A stretch of 64,000 nucleotides of DNA from a phage, in the sequence record PZ452612.1; one strand, 5' to 3'. The notes below the pieces were generated by a model, which worked only from the letters and a program-made list of their open reading frames with translations, searched no databases and was not told the origin of the DNA. Every line of letters begins with the position of its first letter. Position 1 is the stretch's first letter. The position numbers and the translations under genes are program-made. Shown in pieces: positions 57,887-64,000 of the stretch.

Positions 57887-59466
57887 GTAATAACAATACA
57901 TACCAACACGTTTCAAACGAATCCATTTACGTTGAATTCGACCCTACGGGGTCGAATTTTCCAGATACAGTCACTAATGTCCAAGCCGCATTAGCTGCTA
58001 TTTCTCCTTCAGGTGTTAATGGTGTACCGGAAGCAACAACTACTACACCAGGAATTATTCAAATAGCTACTCCACAAGAAGTTATTGATGGACTAGATAA
58101 TAGTAAAGCTGTTACTCCGGCATCACTGAATGCTCGTCTACAATATCCTAATGCAACCGAAACTCAATATGGCTTAACTCGTTATGCTACTGAAGATGAA
58201 GCAGTAACAGGAACTATTGACGATGCATCAATTACTCCGCTTAAATTGAATCAAAAAATAGACAATGTATTCCAGACAAAAGTGTCAACAGAAGCATCAA
58301 ATGGTGTAATTAAAATTTCGACTTCTGCTGCGGCATTAGCCGGTTCTGACGATACGACGGCAATGACTCCGTTAAAAACGCAACAATTGGCAATTAAACT
58401 TATTTCGCAAATTGCTCCAAATAATAGTGACGCCACTGAATCTATTACCGGTGTTGTTCGTTTGGCTACAGTTGCTCAAGCGCAACAAGGCACCCTGCGT
58501 GAAGGCTATGCAATTTCACCTTATACCTTTATGAATTCAGTAGCATCAGAAACTAATAAAGGTGTCGTTAAACTAGGGACACAGACTGAAGTAAATAGTA
58601 ACAACTCTTCAGTTGTAGTGACCGGCGCAACATTAAACGGGCGTGGGGCTACAACTTCTTTACGTGGAGTTGTTCGTTTAACTACACAAGCTGGTAGCCA
58701 ATCAGGTGGTGATGGTTCTTCTGCCCTTGCTTGGAATGCTGATGTTATCCACCAACGAGGCGGACAAACTATTAATGGCACGCTTCGCATTAATAATACG
58801 TTGACTGTTGGTTCTGGTGGCGCTAATATAACGGGTAATGTCAATATGACCGGTGGTTATATTCAAGGCAATCGTATTGTGACTCAAAATGAATTAGACC
58901 GAATTCTCCCAGTTGGCGCTATTACAATGTGGGCTGCAGATAGTTTACCGAGTTCTGACTGGCGCTTCTGTCACGGTGGGACCGTTTCTGCTTCAGAATG
59001 TCCGGTATATGCTTCCAGAATTGGGACACGATATGGCGGTAGTTCTTCTAACCCAGGCTTGCCTGATATGCGTGGATTATTTGTTCGCGGCTCAGGTCGT
59101 GGCTCTCACTTAACAAATCCAAATGTTAATGGTAATGACCAGTTTGGTAAGCCTAGATTAGGTGTAGGTTGTACCGGTGGATATGTCGGTGAAGTGCAAA
59201 AACAACAGATGTCATATCATAAGCATGCTGGCGGTTTTGGTGAACATGATGATTCTGGAGCATTCGGTAATACCCGTAGATCAAATTTTGTTGGTACACG
59301 TAAAGGACTTGACTGGGATAACCGTTCATACTTCACCAATGACGGATATGAAATTGACCCGGCATCACAACGAAATTCCAAATATACATTAAATCGTCCT
59401 GAATTAATTGGAAATGAAACACGTCCATGGAACATTTCTTTAAACTATATCATTAAGGTAAAATAA
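57883..59466 (+). CDS. 12: Short tail fiber gp12
   Basis: 527 aa, same length as T4 gp12; Ala/Thr/Gly-rich repeats. Confidence 0.9.
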   Translation: MSNNNTYQHVSNESIYVEFDPTGSNFPDTVTNVQAALAAISPSGVNGVPEATTTTPGIIQIATPQEVIDGLDNSKAVTPASLNARLQYPNATETQYGLTRYATEDEAVTGTIDDASITPLKLNQKIDNVFQTKVSTEASNGVIKISTSAAALAGSDDTTAMTPLKTQQLAIKLISQIAPNNSDATESITGVVRLATVAQAQQGTLREGYAISPYTFMNSVASETNKGVVKLGTQTEVNSNNSSVVVTGATLNGRGATTSLRGVVRLTTQAGSQSGGDGSSALAWNADVIHQRGGQTINGTLRINNTLTVGSGGANITGNVNMTGGYIQGNRIVTQNELDRILPVGAITMWAADSLPSSDWRFCHGGTVSASECPVYASRIGTRYGGSSSNPGLPDMRGLFVRGSGRGSHLTNPNVNGNDQFGKPRLGVGCTGGYVGEVQKQQMSYHKHAGGFGEHDDSGAFGNTRRSNFVGTRKGLDWDNRSYFTNDGYEIDPASQRNSKYTLNRPELIGNETRPWNISLNYIIKVK

Positions 59467-60914
59467 TGGCTGATATAACTCTGGTAGATTTACCATATGT
59501 TGACGGCCCGCCAGACGCGGGTCAGAGTCGTATTGAATGGATTAAAAACGATGAAGAAATAACAGGTGCTGACACAAAATACGGTTCTGAAGGTGTAATG
59601 AACCGTCCTATTGTTGAAGTTCAACGTAACGTAGAAGCGTTAGATGTTAATATTAAAACTATAGCATCTTCTTTGAATACGGCCAATGAAGATATCAAAG
59701 CTATTCAAGGTATTTTAGATGTTTCTGGGGATGTTGATGCTCTTGCACAGATAGGCCAGAACACCCAAGATATTGATGTCATTAAAGTCACAGTTCAAAC
59801 CCATGCTAGTGAATTGAATGATTTGAATGAACATATTGATGCGAATACTGATGATATTGGTGTTTATAATCAGGAAAAAGATTCAGTTTATAGAACGGTT
59901 CGTAACGACCTGCTTTGGATTAAAAATGAATTAGGACAATATACTGGTCAAGATATTAATGGGGTTCCTACTCCAGGAAATGATAGCACTGGTATGAAAC
60001 GCCGTATTATGACTAATAGCTCCGTAATTGTTGACCACGGTGTTCGATTAACTGATCTAGAAACTAAATTTGCTGATTCTGACGTCGGCTCTTTAACTAC
60101 TGAAGTCGAACACTTGCGCGAAGAAATGGGACCTCGCACTTCTTTCACTACTCCAGTGTTTAGTCGTCTTTCCAGTATTGATTTAACTTTGTCGCGTCAA
60201 AATGCTGACTTGGATGGCATTAAACAGTCTATTGGGTATCCTAATACGACTTCTATTATTACTACCACTAATGCAAATAGTTCAGCAATAAACGACATTA
60301 ATCTTGAGCTCAATCAATCAGGTGGTATTAAACCTCGTTTGACTACAGTAGAAACTGCCATTGGCGCTGATGATTTGCCTACTACAATCCAAGGACGTAT
60401 TAAACTCAATACTGATGCTATCGGAGCATTGAACACTGTTGTCGGCTCTGATTCTTCGTCAGGACTGCGTTTTAATGTGTCATGGTTAAATAACGTAGTT
60501 GGTGTTGACGCTTCAGGCGGAAAACCGGAACCAGACGGCTCTTTGCTTTATCGTACTCGAGAGCTTGAAGGAACTATCAGTGGGATGAGTAATGACATTC
60601 AGAACATTCAAACTGATGTTGGGACTACTTCCACAGGAATTAAGGGTTCTGTAAACACATTAAATACTCTTATAAATGGCACCAACCCAAATGGTTCGAC
60701 TGTTGAAGAACGCGGTATATTGCCTACAGTTAAAAGTCATGATACGACAATTAATGGTTTAACTTCTAGAATTGCTACTCTTGAAACTGACTTGGCCGCT
60801 GCAGAAGCTGAAATCCAAACTCTTAAGGACGCTGGATATATTGAAGATGCTCCTTCAGACGGTAAATTCTATGTTCGCAAAGATGGTGCATGGGTTGAAC
60901 TTCCTACAGCTTAA
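59466..60914 (+). CDS. wac: Fibritin (whisker antigen control, wac)
   Basis: 482 aa; long segmented coiled coil; C-terminal foldon-like GYIEDAPSDGKFYVRKDGAWVELPTA. Confidence 0.9.
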   Translation: MADITLVDLPYVDGPPDAGQSRIEWIKNDEEITGADTKYGSEGVMNRPIVEVQRNVEALDVNIKTIASSLNTANEDIKAIQGILDVSGDVDALAQIGQNTQDIDVIKVTVQTHASELNDLNEHIDANTDDIGVYNQEKDSVYRTVRNDLLWIKNELGQYTGQDINGVPTPGNDSTGMKRRIMTNSSVIVDHGVRLTDLETKFADSDVGSLTTEVEHLREEMGPRTSFTTPVFSRLSSIDLTLSRQNADLDGIKQSIGYPNTTSIITTTNANSSAINDINLELNQSGGIKPRLTTVETAIGADDLPTTIQGRIKLNTDAIGALNTVVGSDSSSGLRFNVSWLNNVVGVDASGGKPEPDGSLLYRTRELEGTISGMSNDIQNIQTDVGTTSTGIKGSVNTLNTLINGTNPNGSTVEERGILPTVKSHDTTINGLTSRIATLETDLAAAEAEIQTLKDAGYIEDAPSDGKFYVRKDGAWVELPTA

Positions 60915-60920
60915 TGAAAA

Positions 60921-60934
60921 GGGCCTTCGGGCCC
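60921..60934 (+). other. UUCG-tetraloop hairpin after wac
   Basis: GGGCC-ttcg-GGCCC, 6 nt after the wac stop; no U-run. Confidence 0.4.
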
Positions 60935-60946
60935 TAAAGGATTTAT

Positions 60947-61873
60947 ATGTCAGGTTATAATGCACAAAACCCTAAAGAATTAAAGGATGTAATATTACGT
61001 CGTTTAGGCGCTCCTATTGTAAATGTTGAATTAACTACGGACCAAATTTATGATTGTATTTCACGAGCGTTAGAACTTTATGGCGAATACCATTTTGACG
61101 GGTTGAATAAAGGTTTCCATGTATTTTTTGTTGATGACGAAGAAAAATACCGTCACGGCGTATTTGATATGCGTGGTTCTAATGTATTTGCCGTAACAAG
61201 AATTATAAGAACAAATGTTGGCTCTATTACTTCAATGGATGGTAATGCAACTTATCCATGGTTCACCGATTTCCTTTTAGGAATGGCTGGTGTTTCAGGT
61301 GGTATGGGTAGTAATTGTGGTAAATTCTACGGTCCGAACGCTTTTGGCGCTGACCTCGGGTATTATTCTCAATTAGTATCTTATATGGGTATGCTTCAAG
61401 ATATGATTGCTCCTCTTCCAGATTTTTGGTTTAACTCTGCAAACGAGCAATTAAAAGTAATGGGTAACTTTAGACAAAAAGATGTCATTATCGTTGAATC
61501 GTATGTTCGCTCTTATATCGAGACCCATAAGATGGTAGGAAATACAGTAGGGTACGGACAGGTCGGTCCTCGTGATTCATGGTCTATTTCTGAACGTTAT
61601 GATAATCCAGACCATAATTTGGTCGGACGTCGAGTTGGTGAAGATCCTGCAACTAAACAAGGCGCATATAACAACCGCTGGGTTAAAGATTATGCAACTG
61701 CATTAGCTAAAGAGCTTAATGGACAAATTCTTGCTAAACATCAAGGTATGATGTTACCGGGTGGCGTCACTGTTGATGGTGTTCGATTAATTGAAGAAGC
61801 TCGTTTAGAGAAAGAAGCTTTACGAGAAGAGTTATATTTACTGGACCCTCCTGCAGGTATTTTGGTAGGTTAA
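60947..61873 (+). CDS. 13: Neck protein gp13
   Basis: 308 aa; synteny. Confidence 0.9.
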   Translation: MSGYNAQNPKELKDVILRRLGAPIVNVELTTDQIYDCISRALELYGEYHFDGLNKGFHVFFVDDEEKYRHGVFDMRGSNVFAVTRIIRTNVGSITSMDGNATYPWFTDFLLGMAGVSGGMGSNCGKFYGPNAFGADLGYYSQLVSYMGMLQDMIAPLPDFWFNSANEQLKVMGNFRQKDVIIVESYVRSYIETHKMVGNTVGYGQVGPRDSWSISERYDNPDHNLVGRRVGEDPATKQGAYNNRWVKDYATALAKELNGQILAKHQGMMLPGGVTVDGVRLIEEARLEKEALREELYLLDPPAGILVG

Positions 61874-61874
61874 T

Positions 61875-62639
61875 ATGGCAACTTATGATAAAAATCTTTT
61901 CGCCAAACTAGAAAATCGTGGTGGGTATTCTAAAACTAATGAAACCGAGATTTTAAACAAATATGTGAATTTTAATAATTACGAGAATAGTCAGACATTA
62001 GCTGATGTTCTAGTGGCAGAAAGCATACAGATGCGCGGTATTGAATGTTTTTATGTTCCACGTGAATATGTTGCCGTGGACCTTATCTTTGGTGAGGACC
62101 TTAAAAATAAATTTACTAAAGCATGGAAATTTGCTGCATATCTGAACTCTTTTGAAGGTTATGAAGGAGCGAAATCGTTCTTCAGCAACTTCGGAATGCA
62201 AGTTCAAGACGAAGTTACATTATCTATTAACCCAGGTCTTTTCAAACACCAGGTCAACAATCAGGAGCCCAAGGAAGGTGATTTAATATACTTCCCAATG
62301 GACAACAGTTTGTTTGAGATTAACTGGGTTGAACCATATGACCCATTCTATCAAGTAGGTAAAAATGCGATTCGTAAAATTACTGCAGGCAAGTTTATTT
62401 ACTCTGGCGAAGAAATCAATCCGGTGCTTCAGAAAAATGAAGGTATCAATATACCTGAATTTAGTGACTTGGAACTTAACCCTGTTAGAAATCTTGACGG
62501 TATCCATGACATTAATATCGATGAATATTCTGAAGTTGAGCAAATCAATTCAGAGGCAAGTGAATACGTTGAGCCGTATGTAGTAGTTAACAACCGTGGT
62601 AGACAAAATTCACCATTTGACGATGGGTTTATGAATTAA
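61875..62639 (+). CDS. 14: Neck protein gp14
   Basis: 254 aa; synteny. Confidence 0.9.
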   Translation: MATYDKNLFAKLENRGGYSKTNETEILNKYVNFNNYENSQTLADVLVAESIQMRGIECFYVPREYVAVDLIFGEDLKNKFTKAWKFAAYLNSFEGYEGAKSFFSNFGMQVQDEVTLSINPGLFKHQVNNQEPKEGDLIYFPMDNSLFEINWVEPYDPFYQVGKNAIRKITAGKFIYSGEEINPVLQKNEGINIPEFSDLELNPVRNLDGIHDINIDEYSEVEQINSEASEYVEPYVVVNNRGRQNSPFDDGFMN

Positions 62640-62691
62640 TAAATAGATAAGATAAAGCAAACACCGGTCGAAAGGCCGGTTAGGAGAAATG

Positions 62692-63513
62692 ATGTTTGGT
62701 TATTTTTACAACTCGTCGTTCAGGCGATATATCACAATGATGGGCGATTTGTTTTCAAATATCCAAGTTAACCGTCAATTGTCTACAGGCAATAAATTAA
62801 TTAGAGTTCCTATCACGTATGCATCTAAAGAGCACTTTATGATGAAACTTAATAAATGGACCTCTATAAACTCACAAGAAGATGTGGCTAAAGTCGAAAC
62901 TATCCTACCACGTATAAATCTCCAAATGGTAGATTTCGTTTATAACCCGACGTTTAAAACGAATATATTGAATAACTCTCTTTTGAGTAAATCGACTAAG
63001 GATATTGTAGACCAATACAACCCATCACCAATTAAAATGATTTTTGAACTGAGCATCTTTACTCGTTATGAAGATGATATGTTCCAAATCGTTGAGCAAA
63101 TTATTCCATATTTTCAGCCACATTTTAATACGACTATGATTGAGCAATATGGGCAGGATATTCCATTTGAAAGGGATATTAAGGTCGTATGGATGGCTGC
63201 GGCAATGGATGAACAAATAGATGGTGATAATTTATCCCGTAGACGTTTAGAGTGGTCATTAACATTTGAAGTAAATGGATGGATGTATCCTCCGGTAGGC
63301 GCAGCAGAAGGTCTTATTAAAACGACTTATCTTGATTTTCATGCTAATGAACGAGACCTTCAAACAGCCGAAAGCGTTTTTGAATCAGTTGATACAGAAA
63401 TTAAACCGAGAGACGTTGAAGTACAAGATTGGAATGGTGAAGTTGAACAAACTTATACTCATGATATTCCAATTCCGACTCCACCAACCCCTCCTGGTCC
63501 TAGAAAACAATAA
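62692..63513 (+). CDS. 15: Tail sheath stabilizer / tail terminator gp15
   Basis: 273 aa from second ATG (MFGYFYNSSFRRY...); synteny. Confidence 0.9.
   Translation: MFGYFYNSSFRRYITMMGDLFSNIQVNRQLSTGNKLIRVPITYASKEHFMMKLNKWTSINSQEDVAKVETILPRINLQMVDFVYNPTFKTNILNNSLLSKSTKDIVDQYNPSPIKMIFELSIFTRYEDDMFQIVEQIIPYFQPHFNTTMIEQYGQDIPFERDIKVVWMAAAMDEQIDGDNLSRRRLEWSLTFEVNGWMYPPVGAAEGLIKTTYLDFHANERDLQTAESVFESVDTEIKPRDVEVQDWNGEVEQTYTHDIPIPTPPTPPGPRKQ

Positions 63514-64000
<487 letters not shown>

Noticed and set aside
62634-62650. AATAAATA elements upstream of gene 15 (also near rI at ~31831-31838) as late promoters
   Set aside because: One mismatch to TATAAATA at position 1; kept only as weak candidates.

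Overview
This window reads as a contiguous segment of a T4-like (Tevenvirinae) myovirus genome; the gene 43 DNA polymerase matches what I recall of the phage RB69 polymerase, so I treat it as RB69-like, but no search was run. Positions 1-45218 are almost entirely minus-strand early/middle genes in T4 order: 43, regA, 62, 44, 45, rpbA, 46, 47, 55, nrdH-like, nrdG, nrdD, 49, nrdC, rI, tk, regB, denV, e, nudE, 57B, 57A, 1, 3, 2, 4. Positions 45280-64000 are plus-strand late structural genes: 53, 5, 5.1, 5.4, 6, 7, 8, 9, 10, 11, 12, wac, 13, 14, 15 and the start of 16. The most interesting region is 1-3771, immediately downstream of gene 43, where T4 carries imm/42/beta-gt. Here it holds a sugar-activation module instead: a KdsD-type arabinose-5-phosphate isomerase, a HAD phosphatase, a fused sugar-1-phosphate nucleotidylyltransferase/anomeric-kinase, and a partial U32-family protein. 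No alpha-glucosyltransferase is present between 47 and 55. Together this fits a non-glucose (probably arabinose) hydroxymethylcytosine modification pathway, as reported for RB69. Other accessory content includes a macrodomain protein, a secreted lytic-transglycosylase-like protein with a secreted partner, a GrcA-like glycyl-radical cofactor with a host-like GC-rich 3' half, four internal-protein-like genes with the MKTYxEF capsid-targeting leader, an Acb1-like 57B, three tandem ~320-aa coiled-coil proteins, a Pol-beta-fold nucleotidyltransferase and a P-loop NTPase. Recurrent GTTTAC/TATAAT early promoters, TATAAATA late promoters and UUCG-tetraloop hairpins are also visible. No tRNA, CRISPR array, intron or homing-endonuclease gene was found. 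ORF-track starts were trimmed to internal start codons where the track used upstream alternative starts. All homology calls are from motif recognition and memory, not database searches.
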